Source: the human T2T-CHM13v2.0 reference genome, Homo sapiens. From it: a stretch of 64,000 bases of DNA. Below the pieces are notes generated by a model. The model was not told where the DNA came from, ran no database searches, and saw only the letters and a program-made list of their open reading frames with translations. Positions 1 to 13,271 of this stretch are shown one piece after another (position 1 is the stretch's first letter; every line of letters begins with the position of its first letter). Made by a program: the position numbers and the translations under genes. The stretch lies in NCBI RefSeq assembly GCF_009914755.1, contig NC_060925.1; one strand, 5' to 3'.

Positions 1-396
1 GAATGGAATTGAATGGAATCATCGAATGGTCTCGATTGGAATCATTATCAAATGGAATCGAATGGAATCACCGAATAGAATCGAATGGAACAATCATCGA
101 ATGGACTCAAATGGAATTATCCTCAAATGGAATCGAATGGAATTATCGAATGCAATCGAATGGAATTATCGAATGCAATCGAATAGAATCATCGAATGGA
201 CTCGAATGGAATCATCGAATGGAATGGAATGGAACAGTCAATGAACTCGAATGGAATCATCATTGAATGGAATCGAATGGAATCATCGAGTGGAATCGAA
301 TGGAATTATGATCAAATGGAATCGAATGTAATCCTCATCAAATGGAATCAAAAATAACCATCATCAATTGGTATTGAATGGAATTGTCATCAAATG

Positions 397-402
397 GAAT
401 TC
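397..402. other. Conserved once-per-unit EcoRI site (GGAATTCAAAGG)
   Basis: GAATTC occurs at 397 and again at 2173 (+1776), and at the same position in later units. Some units carry a second site 16 bp upstream (GGAATTCTC, e.g. 2157). This is consistent with the classical 1.77-kb EcoRI satellite fragment of chromosome 1. Confidence 0.85.
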
Positions 403-447
403 AAAGGAATCATCATCAAATGGAACCGAATGGAATCCTCATTGAAT

Positions 448-1383
448 GGAAATGAAAGTGGTCATCATCTAATGGAATCGCATGGAATCATCATCAAATG
501 GAATCGAGTGGAATCATCATCAAATGGAATCTAAGGGAATCATTGAACAGAATTGAATGGAATCCTCATCGAATGAATTGAATGCAATCATCGAATGGTC
601 TCGAATGGAATCATCTTCAAATGGAAAGGAATGAAATCATCGCATAGAATCGAATGGAATTATCATCGAATGGAATCCAATGGTATCAACATCAAACGGA
701 AAAAAACGGAATTATGGAATGGAATCGAAGAGAATCTTCGAACGGACCCGAATGGAATCATCTAATGGAATGGAATGGAATAATCCATGGACTCGAATGC
801 AATCATGATCAAATGGAATCGAATGGAATCATCGAATGGACTCGAATGGAATAATCATTGAACGGAATCGAATGGAATCATCATCGGATGGAAACGAATG
901 GAATCATCATCGAATGGAAATGAAAGGAGTCATCATCTAATGGAATTGCATGGAATCATCATAAAATGGAATCGAAGGGAATCAACATCAAATGGAATCA
1001 AATGGAATCATTGAACGGAATTGAATGGAATCGTCATCGAATGAATTGACTGCAATCATCGAATGGTCTCGAATGGAATCATCTTCAAATGGAATGGAAT
1101 GGAATCATCGCATAGAATCGAATGGAATTATCATCGAATGGATTCGAATGGAATCTACATCAAACGGAAAAAAACGGAATTATCGAATGGAATCGAAGGG
1201 AATCATCGAATGGACCCGAATGGAATCATCTAATGGAATGGAATGGAATAATCCATGGACTTGAATGCAATCATCATCGAATGGAATCGAATGGAATCAT
1301 CGAATGGACTCGAATGGAATAATCATTGAACGGAATCGAATGGAATCATCATCGGATGGAAATGAATGGAATCATCATCAAAT
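448..1383 (+). repeat. Internal tandem pair of 468-bp sub-repeats (448-915, 916-1383)
   Basis: GGAAATGAAAG-x-GTCATCATCTAATGGAAT occurs at 448 and 916. CGCATAGAATCG, ACGGAAAAAAACGG and TAATCCATGGACT each occur twice, 468 bp apart. ORF pairs 654/1122 and 3641/4109 show the same offset. Confidence 0.93.
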
Positions 1384-1776
1384 GGAATCGAATAGAATTA
1401 TGGAATGAAATCCAGTGTGATCATCATCGAATGGACAAGAATGGAATCAGCATCCAACGGAAGCTAATGGAATCAACATCGAATGAATCAAATGGAAACA
1501 CCATCGAATTGAAACGAATGGAATTACCATGAAATTGAAATGGATGGACTCATCATCGAATGGATTCGAATGGAATCATCGAATAAAATTGATTGAAATC
1601 ATCATCGAATGGAATCGAATGGTATCATTGAATGGAATCGAATGGAATCATCATCAGATGGAAATGAATGGAATCGTCATAGAATGGAATCGAATGGATT
1701 CATTGAATGGAATCAGATGGAATCATCGAATGGACTGGAATGGAATCATTGAATGGACTCGAAAGGGATCATGATT

Positions 1777-3084
1777 GAATGGAATTGAATGGAATCATCG
1801 AATGGTCTCGATTGGAATCATTATCAAATGGAATCGAATGGAATCACCGAATAGAATCGAATGGAACAATCATCGAATGGACTCAAATGGAATTATCCTC
1901 AAATGGAATCGAATGGAATTATCGAATGCAATCGAATGGAATTATCGAATGCAATCGAATAGAATCATCGAATGGACTCGAATGGAATCATCGAATGGAG
2001 TGGAATGGAACAGTCAATGAACTCGAATGGAATCATCATTGAATGGAATCGAATGGAATCATCGAGTGGAATCGAATGGAATTATGATCAAATGGAATCG
2101 AATGTAATCATCATCAAATGGAATCAAAAATAACCATCATCAATTGGTATTGAATGGAATTCTCATCAAATGGAATTCAAAGGAATCATCATCAAATGGA
2201 ACCGAATGGAATCCTCATTGAATGGAAATGAAAGGGGTCATCATCTAATGGAATCGCATGGAATCATCATCAAATGGAATCGAATGGAATCATCATCAAA
2301 TGGAATCTAATGGAATCATTGAACAGAATTGAATGGAATCGTCATCGAATGAATTGAATGCAATCATCGAATGGTCTCGAATGGAATCATCTTCTAATGG
2401 AAAGGAATGGAATCATCGCATAGAAACGAATGGAATTATCATCGAATGGAATCGAATGGTATCAACACCAAACGGAAAAAAACGGAATTATCGAATGGAA
2501 TCGAAGAGAATCTTCGAACGGACCCGAATGGAATCATCTAATGGAATGGAATGGAATAATCCATGGACTCGAATGCAATGATCATCGAATGGAATCCAAT
2601 GGAATCATCGAATGGACTCGAATGGAATAATCATTGAACGGAATCGAATGGAATCATCATCGGATGGAAATGAATGGAATCATCATCGAATGGAATCGAA
2701 TAGAATTATGGAATGAAATCCAGTGTGATCATCATCGAATGGACCCGAATGGAATCATCATCCATCGGAAGCAAATGGAATCAGCATCGAATGAATCGAA
2801 TGGAAACACCATCGAATTGAAACGAATGGAATTATCATGAAATTGAAATGGATGGACTCATCATCGAATGGATTCGAATGGAATCATCGAATAAAATTGA
2901 TTGAAATCATCATCGAATGGAATCGAATGGTATCATTGAATGGAATCGAATGGAATCATCATCAGATGGAAATGAAAGGAATCGTCATAGAATGGAATCG
3001 AATGGATTCATTGAATGGAATCAGATGGAATCATTGAATGGACTGGAATGGAATCATTGAATGGACTCGAAAGGGATCATTATT
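1777..3084 (+). repeat. 1308-bp short unit (type B; one 468-bp sub-repeat)
   Basis: Anchor spacing 1529 to 2837 is 1308 = 1776-468. Markers are GGAGTGGAATGG, TAGAAACGAA and GCAATGATCATCGAATGGAATCCAATGG. Related units start at 10188, 15048, 23884 and 30967. Confidence 0.92.
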
Positions 3085-4859
3085 GAATGGAATTGAATGG
3101 AATCATCGAATGGTCTCGATTGGAATCATTATCAAATGGAATCGAATGGAATCACCGAATAGAATCGAATGGAACAATCATCGAATGGACTCAAATGGAA
3201 TTATCCTCAAATGGAATTGAATGGAATTATCGAATGCAATCGAATGGAATTATCGAATGCAATCGAATAGAATCATCGAATGGACTCGAATGGAATCATC
3301 GAATGGAATGGAATGGAACAGTCAATGAACTCGAATGGAATCATCATTGAATGGAATCGAATGGAATCATCGAGTGGAATCGAATGTAATCATCATCAAA
3401 TGGAATCAAAAATAACCATCATCAAATGGAATCAAAAATAACAATCATCAATTGGTATTGAATGGAATTCTCATCAAATGGAATTCAAAGGAATCATCAT
3501 CAAATGGAACCGAATGGAATCCTCATTGAATGGAAATGAAAGGGGTCATCATCTAATGGAATCGCATGGAATCATCATCAAATGGAATCGAATGGAATCA
3601 TCATCAAATGGAATCTAATGGAATCATTGAAAAGAATTGAATGGAATCGTCATCGAATGAATTGAATGCAATCATCGAATGGTCTCGAATGGAATCATCT
3701 TCTAATGGAAAGGAATGGAATCATCGCATAGAATCGAATGGAATTAACATTGAATGGAATCGAATGGAATCAACATCAAATGGAATCAAGCGGAATTATC
3801 GAATGAAATCGAAGAGAATCATCGAATGGACTCGAATGGAATCATCTAATGGAATGGAATGGAATAATCCACGGACTCGAATGCAATCATCATCGTATAG
3901 AATCGAATGGAATCATCGAATGGACTCGAATGGAATAACCATTGAACGGAATCGAATGGAATCATCATCGGATGGAAACGAATGGAATCATCATCGAATG
4001 GAAATGAAAGGAGTCATCATCTAATGGAATTGCATGGAATCATCATAAAATGGAATCGAATGGAATCATCATCAAATGGAATCAAATGGAAGCATTGAAC
4101 GGAATTGAATGGAATCGTCATCGAATGAATTGAATGCAATCATCGAATGGTCTCGAATGGAATCATCTTCAAATGGAATGGAATGGAATCATCGCATAGA
4201 ATCGAATGGAATTATCATCGAATGGAATCGAATGGTATCAACATCAAACGGAAAAAAACGGAATTACCGAATGGAATCGAAGAGAATCTTCGAACGGACC
4301 CGAATGGAATCATCTAATGGAATGGAATGGAATAATCCATGGACTCGAATGCAATCATCATCGAATGGAATCGAATGGAATCATTGAATGGACTCGAATG
4401 GAATAATCATTGAACGGAATCGAATGGAATCATCATCGGATGGAAATGAATGGAATCCTCATCGAATGGAATCGAATAGAATTATGGAATGAAATCCAGT
4501 GTGATCATCATCGAATGGACCCGAATGGAATCATCATCCAACGGAAGCTAATGGAATCAACATCGAATGAATCGAATGGAAACACCATCGAATTGAAACG
4601 AATGGAATTATCATGAAATTGAAATGGATGGACCCATCATCAATGGATTCGAATGGAATCATCGAATAAAATTGATTGAAATCATCATCAAATGGAATCG
4701 AATGGTGTCATTGAATGGGATCGAATGGAATCATCGTCAGATGGAAATGAATGGAATCGTCATAGAATGGAATCGAATGGATTCATTGAATGGAATCAGA
4801 TGGAATCATCGAATGGACTGGAATGGAATCATTGAATGGACTCGAATGGAATCATTATT
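3085..4859 (+). repeat. Type C unit (1776-bp class; this copy is 1775 bp)
   Basis: Markers are the doubled CAAAAATAAC motif, GGAATTAACATTG, GGAATCAAGCGG, CCACGGACTC, GGAAGCATTG, GGACCCATC and GGTGTC. Other C units start at 6636, 11496 and 20332. This copy lacks one G after 4641. Confidence 0.9.
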
Positions 4860-7800
4860 GAATGGAATTGAATGGAATCATCGAATGGTCTCGATTGGAA
4901 TCATTATCAAATGGAATCGAATGGAATCACCGAATAGAATCGAATGGAACAATCATCGAATGGACTCAAATGGAATTATCCTCAAATGGAATCGAATGGA
5001 ATTATCGAATGCAATCGAATGGAATTATCGAATGCAATCGAATAGAATCATCGAATGGACTCGAATGGAATCATCGAATGGAATGGAATGGAACAGTCAA
5101 TGAACTCGAATGGAATCATCATTGAATGGAATCGAATGGAATCATCGAGTGGAATCGAATGGAATTATGATCAAATGGAATCGAATGTAATCCTCATCAA
5201 ATGGAATCAAAAATAACCATCATCAATTGGTATTGAATGGAATCATCATCAAATGGAATTCAAAGGAATCATCATCAAATGGAACCGAATGGAATCCTCA
5301 TTGAATGGAAATGAAAGTGGTCATCATCTAATGGAATCGCATGGAATCATCATCAAATGGAATCGAGTGGAATCATCATCAAATGGAATCTAAGGGAATC
5401 ATTGAACAGAATTGAATGGAATCCTCATCGAATGAATTGAATGCAATCATCGAATGGTCTCGAATGGAATCATCTTCAAATGGAAAGGAATGGAATCATC
5501 GCATAGAATCGAATGGAATTATCATCGAATGGAATCCAATGGTATCAACATCAAACGGAAAAAAACGGAATTATGGAATGGAATCGAAGAGAATCTTCGA
5601 ACGGACCCGAATGGAATCATCTAATGGAATGGAATGGAATAATCCATGGACTCGAATGCAATCATGATCAAATGGAATCGAATGGAATCATCGAATGGAC
5701 TCGAATGGAATAATCATTGAACGGAATCGAATGGAATCATCATCGGATGGAAACGAATGGAATCATCATCGAATGGAAATGAAAGGAGTCATCATCTAAT
5801 GGAATTGCATGGAATCATCATAAAATGGAATCGAAGGGAATCAACATCAAATGGAATCAAATGGAATCATTGAACGGAATTGAATGGAATCGTCATCGAA
5901 TGAATTGACTGCAATCATCGAATGGTCTCGAATGGAATCATCTTCAAATGGAATGGAATGGAATCATCGCATAGAATCGAATGGAATTATCATCGAATGG
6001 ATTCGAATGGAATCAACATCAAACGGAAAAAAACGGAATTATCGAATGGAATCGAAGAGAATCTTCGAACGGACCCGAATGGAATCATCTAATGGAATGG
6101 AATGGAATAATCCATGGACTCGAATGCAATGATCATCGAATGGAATCCAATGGAATCATCGAATGGACTCGAATGGAATAATCATTGAACGGAATCGAAT
6201 GGAATCATCATCGGATGGAAATGAATGGAATCATCATCGAATGGAATCGAATAGAATTATGGAATGAAATCCAGTGTGATCATCATCGAATGGACCCGAA
6301 TGGAATCATCATCCATCGGAAGCAAATGGAATCAGCATCGAATGAATCGAATGGAAACACCATCGAATTGAAACGAATGGAATTATCATGAAATTGAAAT
6401 GGATGGACTCATCATCGAATGGATTCGAATGGAATCATCGAATAAAATTGATTGAAATCATCATCGAATGGAATCGAATGGTATCATTGAATGGAATCGA
6501 ATGGAATCATCATCAGATGGAAATGAAAGGAATCGTCATAGAATGGAATCGAATGGATTCATTGAATGGAATCAGATGGAATCATTGAATGGACTGGAAT
6601 GGAATCATTGAATGGACTCGAAAGGGATCATTATTGAATGGAATTGAATGGAATCATCGAATGGTCTCGATTGGAATCATTATCAAATGGAATCGAATGG
6701 AATCACCGAATAGAATCGAATGGAACAATCATCGAATGGACTCAAATGGAATTATCCTCAAATGGAATTGAATGGAATTATCGAATGCAATCGAATGGAA
6801 TTATCGAATGCAATCGAATAGAATCATCGAATGGACTCGAATGGAATCATCGAATGGAATGGAATGGAACAGTCAATGAACTCGAATGGAATCATCATTG
6901 AATGGAATCGAATGGAATCATCGAGTGGAATCGAATGTAATCATCATCAAATGGAATCAAAAATAACCATCATCAAATGGAATCAAAAATAACAATCATC
7001 AATTGGTATTGAATGGAATTCTCATCAAATGGAATTCAAAGGAATCATCATCAAATGGAACCGAATGGAATCCTCATTGAATGGAAATGAAAGGGGTCAT
7101 CATCTAATGGAATCGCATGGAATCATCATCAAATGGAATCGAATGGAATCATCATCAAATGGAATCTAATGGAATCATTGAAAAGAATTGAATGGAATCG
7201 TCATCGAATGAATTGAATGCAATCATCGAATGGTCTCGAATGGAATCATCTTCTAATGGAAAGGAATGGAATCATCGCATAGAATCGAATGGAATTAACA
7301 TTGAATGGAATCGAATGGAATCAACATCAAATGGAATCAAGCGGAATTATCGAATGAAATCGAAGAGAATCATCGAATGGACTCGAATGGAATCATCTAA
7401 TGGAATGGAATGGAATAATCCACGGACTCGAATGCAATCATCATCGTATAGAATCGAATGGAATCATCGAATGGACTCGAATGGAATAACCATTGAACGG
7501 AATCGAATGGAATCATCATCGGATGGAAACGAATGGAATCATCATCGAATGGAAATGAAAGGAGTCATCATCTAATGGAATTGCATGGAATCATCATAAA
7601 ATGGAATCGAATGGAATCATCATCAAATGGAATCAAATGGAAGCATTGAACGGAATTGAATGGAATCGTCATCGAATGAATTGAATGCAATCATCGAATG
7701 GTCTCGAATGGAATCATCTTCAAATGGAATGGAATGGAATCATCGCATAGAATCGAATGGAATTATCATCGAATGGAATCGAATGGTATCAACATCAAAC

Positions 7801-10800
7801 GGAAAAAAACGGAATTACCGAATGGAATCGAAGAGAATCTTCGAACGGACCCGAATGGAATCATCTAATGGAATGGAATGGAATAATCCATGGACTCGAA
7901 TGCAATCATCATCGAATGGAATCGAATGGAATCATTGAATGGACTCGAATGGAATAATCATTGAACGGAATCGAATGGAATCATCATCGGATGGAAATGA
8001 ATGGAATCCTCATCGAATGGAATCGAATAGAATTATGGAATGAAATCCAGTGTGATCATCATCGAATGGACCCGAATGGAATCATCATCCAACGGAAGCT
8101 AATGGAATCAACATCGAATGAATCGAATGGAAACACCATCGAATTGAAACGAATGGAATTATCATGAAATTGAAATGGATGGACCCATCATCGAATGGAT
8201 TCGAATGGAATCATCGAATAAAATTGATTGAAATCATCATCCAATGGAATCGAATGGTGTCTTTGAATGGGATCGAATGGAATCATCGTCAGATGGAAAT
8301 GAATGGAATCGTCATAGAATGGAATCGAATGGATTCATTGAATGGAATCAGATGGAATCATCGAATGGACTGGAATGGAATCATTGAATGGACTCGAATG
8401 GAATCATTATTGAATGGAATTGAATGGAATCATCGAATGGTCTCGATTGGAATCATTATCAAATGGAATCGAATGGAATCACCGAATAGAATCGAATGGA
8501 ACAATCATCGAATGGACTCAAATGGAATTATCCTCAAATGGAATCGAATGGAATTATCGAATGCAATCGAATGGAATTATCGAATGCAATCGAATAGAAT
8601 CATCGAATGGACTCGAATGGAATCATCGAATGGAATGGAATGGAACAGTCAATGAACTCGAATGGAATCATCATTGAATGGAATCGAATGGAATCATCGA
8701 GTGGAATCGAATGGAATTATGATCAAATGGAATCGAATGTAATCCTCATCAAATGGAATCAAAAATAACCATCATCAATTGGTATTGAATGGAATCATCA
8801 TCAAATGGAATTCAAAGGAATCATCATCAAATGGAACCGAATGGAATCCTCATTGAATGGAAATGAAAGTGGTCATCATCTAATGGAATCGCATGGAATC
8901 ATCATCAAATGGAATCGAGTGGAATCATCATCAAATGGAATCTAAGGGAATCATTGAACAGAATTGAATGGAATCCTCATCGAATGAATTGAATGCAATC
9001 ATCGAATGGTCTCGAATGGAATCATCTTCAAATGGAAAGGAATGGAATCATCGCATAGAATCGAATGGAATTATCATCGAATGGAATCCAATGGTATCAA
9101 CATCAAACGGAAAAAAACGGAATTATGGAATGGAATCGAAGAGAATCTTCGAACGGACCCGAATGGAATCATCTAATGGAATGGAATGGAATAATCCATG
9201 GACTCGAATGCAATCATGATCAAATGGAATCGAATGGAATCATCGAATGGACTCGAATGGAATAATCATTGAACGGAATCGAATGGAATCATCATCGGAT
9301 GGAAACGAATGGAATCATCATCGAATGGAAATGAAAGGAGTCATCATCTAATGGAATTGCATGGAATCATCATAAAATGGAATCGAAGGGAATCAACATC
9401 AAATGGAATCAAATGGAATCATTGAACGGAATTGAATGGAATCGTCATCGAATGAATTGACTGCAATCATCGAATGGTCTCGAATGGAATCATCTTCAAA
9501 TGGAATGGAATGGAATCATCGCATAGAATCGAATGGAATTATCATCGAATGGATTCGAATGGAATCAACATCAAACGGAAAAAAACGGAATTATCGAATG
9601 GAATCGAAGGGAATCATCGAATGGACCCGAATGGAATCATCTAATGGAATGGAATGGAATAATCCATGGACTCGAATGCAATCATCATCGAATGGAATCG
9701 AATGGAATCATCGAATGGACTCGAATGGAATAATCATTGAACGGAATCGAATGGAATCATCATCGGATGGAAATGAATGGAATCATCATCGAATGGAATC
9801 GAATAGAATTATGGAATGAAATCCAGTGTGATCATCATCGAATGGACAAGAATGGAATCATCATCCAACGGAAGCTAATGGAATCAACATCGAATGAATC
9901 AAATGGAAACACCATCGAATTGAAACGAATGGAATTACCATGAAATTGAAATGGATGGACTCATCATCGAATGGATTCGAATGGAATCATCGAATAAAAT
10001 TGATTGAAATCATCATCGAATGGAATCGAATGGTATCATTGAATGGAATCGAATGGAATCATCATCAGATGGAAATGAATGGAATCGTCATAGAATGGAA
10101 TCGAATGGATTCATTGAATGTAATCAGATGGAATCATCGAATGGACTGGAATGGAATCATTGAATGGACTCGAAAGGGATCATTATTGAATGGAATTGAA
10201 TGGAATCATCGAATGGTCTCGATTGGAATCATTATCAAATGGAATCGAATGGAATCACCGAATAGAATCGAATGGAACAATCATCGAATGGACTCAAATG
10301 GAATTATCCTCAAATGGAATCGAATGGAATTATCGAATGCAATCGAATGGAATTATCGAATGCAATCGAATAGAATCATCGAATGGACTCGAATGGAATC
10401 ATCGAATGGAGTGGAATGGAACAGTCAATGAACTCGAATGGAATCATCATTGAATGGAATCGAATGGAATCATCGAGTGGAATCGAATGGAATTATGATC
10501 AAATGGAATCGAATGTAATCATCATCAAATGGAATCAAAAATAACCATCATCAATTGGTATTGAATGGAATTCTCATCAAATGGAATTCAAAGGAATCAT
10601 CATCAAATGGAACCGAATGGAATCCTCATTGAATGGAAATGAAAGGGGTCATCATCTAATGGAATCGCATGGAATCATCATCAAATTGAATCGAATGGAA
10701 TCATCATCAAATGGAATCTAATGGAATCATTGAACAGAATTGAATGGAATCGTCATCGAATGAATTGAATGCAATCATCGAATGGTCTCGAATGGAATCA

Positions 10801-13271
10801 TCTTCTAATGGAAAGGAATGGAATCATCGCATAGAAACGAATGGAATTATCATCGAATGGAATCGAATGGTATCAACACCAAACGGAAAAAAACGGAATT
10901 ATCGAATGGAATCGAAGAGAATCTTCGAACGGACCCGAATGGAATCATCTAATGGAATGGAATGGAATAATCCATGGACTCGAATGCAATGATCATCGAA
11001 TGGAATCCAATGGAATCATCGAATGGACTCGAATGGAATAATCATTGAACGGAATCGAATGGAATCATCATCGGATGGAAATGAATGGAATCATCATCGA
11101 ATGGAATCGAATAGAATTATGGAATGAAATCCAGTGTGATCATCATCGAATGGACCCGAATGGAATCATCATCCATCGGAAGCAAATGGAATCAGCATCG
11201 AATGAATCGAATGGAAACACCATCGAATTGAAACGAATGGAATTATCATGAAATTGAAATGGATGGACTCATCATCGAATGGATTCGAATGGAATCATCG
11301 AATAAAATTGATTGAAATCATCATCGAATGGAATCGAATGGTATCATTGAATGGAATCGAATGGAATCATCATCAGATGGAAATGAAAGGAATCGTCATA
11401 GAATGGAATCGAATGGATTCATTGAATGGAATCAGATGGAATCATTGAATGGACTGGAATGGAATCATTGAATGGACTCGAAAGGGATCATTATTGAATG
11501 GAATTGAATGGAATCATCGAATGGTCTCGATTGGAATCATTATCAAATGGAATCGAATGGAATCACCGAATAGAATCGAATGGAACAATCATCGAATGGA
11601 CTCAAATGGAATTATCCTCAAATGGAATTGAATGGAATTATCGAATGCAATCGAATGGAATTATCGAATGCAATCGAATAGAATCATCGAATGGACTCGA
11701 ATGGAATCATCGAATGGAATGGAATGGAACAGTCAATGAACTCGAATGGAATCATCATTGAATGGAATCGAATGGAATCATCGAGTGGAATCGAATGTAA
11801 TCATCATCAAATGGAATCAAAAATAACCATCATCAAATGGAATCAAAAATAACAATCATCAATTGGTATTGAATGGAATTCTCATCAAATGGAATTCAAA
11901 GGAATCATCATCAAATGGAACCGAATGGAATCCTCATTGAATGGAAATGAAAGGGGTCATCATCTAATGGAATCGCATGGAATCATCATCAAATGGAATC
12001 GAATGGAATCATCATCAAATGGAATCTAATGGAATCATTGAAAAGAATTGAATGGAATCGTCATCGAATGAATTGAATGCAATCATCGAATGGTCTCGAA
12101 TGGAATCATCTTCTAATGGAAAGGAATGGAATCATCGCATAGAATCGAATGGAATTAACATTGAATGGAATCGAATGGAATCAACATCAAATGGAATCAA
12201 GCGGAATTATCGAATGAAATCGAAGAGAATCATCGAATGGACTCGAATGGAATCATCTAATGGAATGGAATGGAATAATCCACGGACTCGAATGCAATCA
12301 TCATCGTATAGAATCGAATGGAATCATCGAATGGACTCGAATGGAATAACCATTGAACGGAATCGAATGGAATCATCATCGGATGGAAACGAATGGAATC
12401 ATCATCGAATGGAAATGAAAGGAGTCATCATCTAATGGAATTGCATGGAATCATCATAAAATGGAATCGAATGGAATCATCATCAAATGGAATCAAATGG
12501 AAGCATTGAACGGAATTGAATGGAATCGTCATCGAATGAATTGAATGCAATCATCGAATGGTCTCGAATGGAATCATCTTCAAATGGAATGGAATGGAAT
12601 CATCGCATAGAATCGAATGGAATTATCATCGAATGGAATCGAATGGTATCAACATCAAACGGAAAAAAACGGAATTACCGAATGGAATCGAAGAGAATCT
12701 TCGAACGAACCCGAATGGAATCATCTAATGGAATGGAATGGAATAATCCATGGACTCGAATGCAATCATCATCGAATGGAATCGAATGGAATCATTGAAT
12801 GGACTCGAATGGAATAATCATTGAACGGAATCGAATGGAATCATCATCGGATGGAAATGAATGGAATCCTCATCGAATGGAATCGAATAGAATTATGGAA
12901 TGAAATCCAGTGTGATCATCATCGAATGGACCCGAATGGAATCATCATCCAACGGAAGCTAATGGAATCAACATCGAATGAATCGAATGGAAACACCATC
13001 GAATTGAAACGAATGGAATTATCATGAAATTGAAATGGATGGACCCATCATCGAATGGATTCGAATGGAATCATCGAATAAAATTGATTGAAATCATCAT
13101 CAAATGGAATCGAATGGTGTCATTGAATGGGATCGAATGGAATCATCGTCAGATGGAAATGAATGGAATCGTCATAGAATGGAATCGAATGGATTCATTG
13201 AATGGAATCAGATGGAATCATCGAATGGACTGGAATGGAATCATTGAATGGACACGAATGGAATCATTATT

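Larger units (their letters stand above)
1..1776 (+). repeat. Representative 1776-bp unit (type A; 840-bp core plus two 468-bp sub-repeats)
   Basis: GAATGGAATTGAATGGAATCATCGAATGGTCTCGATTGG at position 1 recurs at 1777. Type A markers are GAAAGTGGTC, CTAAGGGAAT, GTAATCCTCATC and GGACAAGAAT. Other A units start at 8412, 13272, 22108 and 29191. Confidence 0.93.

Noticed and set aside
1581-1601. AATAAA poly(A)-signal hexamer and small inverted repeat TGATT-GA-AATCA once per unit
   Set aside because: There is no downstream GU/U-rich element or transcript evidence, and a 5-bp stem is expected by chance in this composition.
4635-4650. Singleton 1-bp deletions (after 4641; also ~63361)
   Set aside because: These are isolated events that may be private mutations or consensus errors. 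They cannot be interpreted without reads.
8164-8655. Longest ORF class (163 aa, MKLKWMD...), present in several units
   Set aside because: Its length depends on single SNVs (e.g. TCATTATT versus TCATGATT) that split it in most units. There is no evidence of coding constraint.
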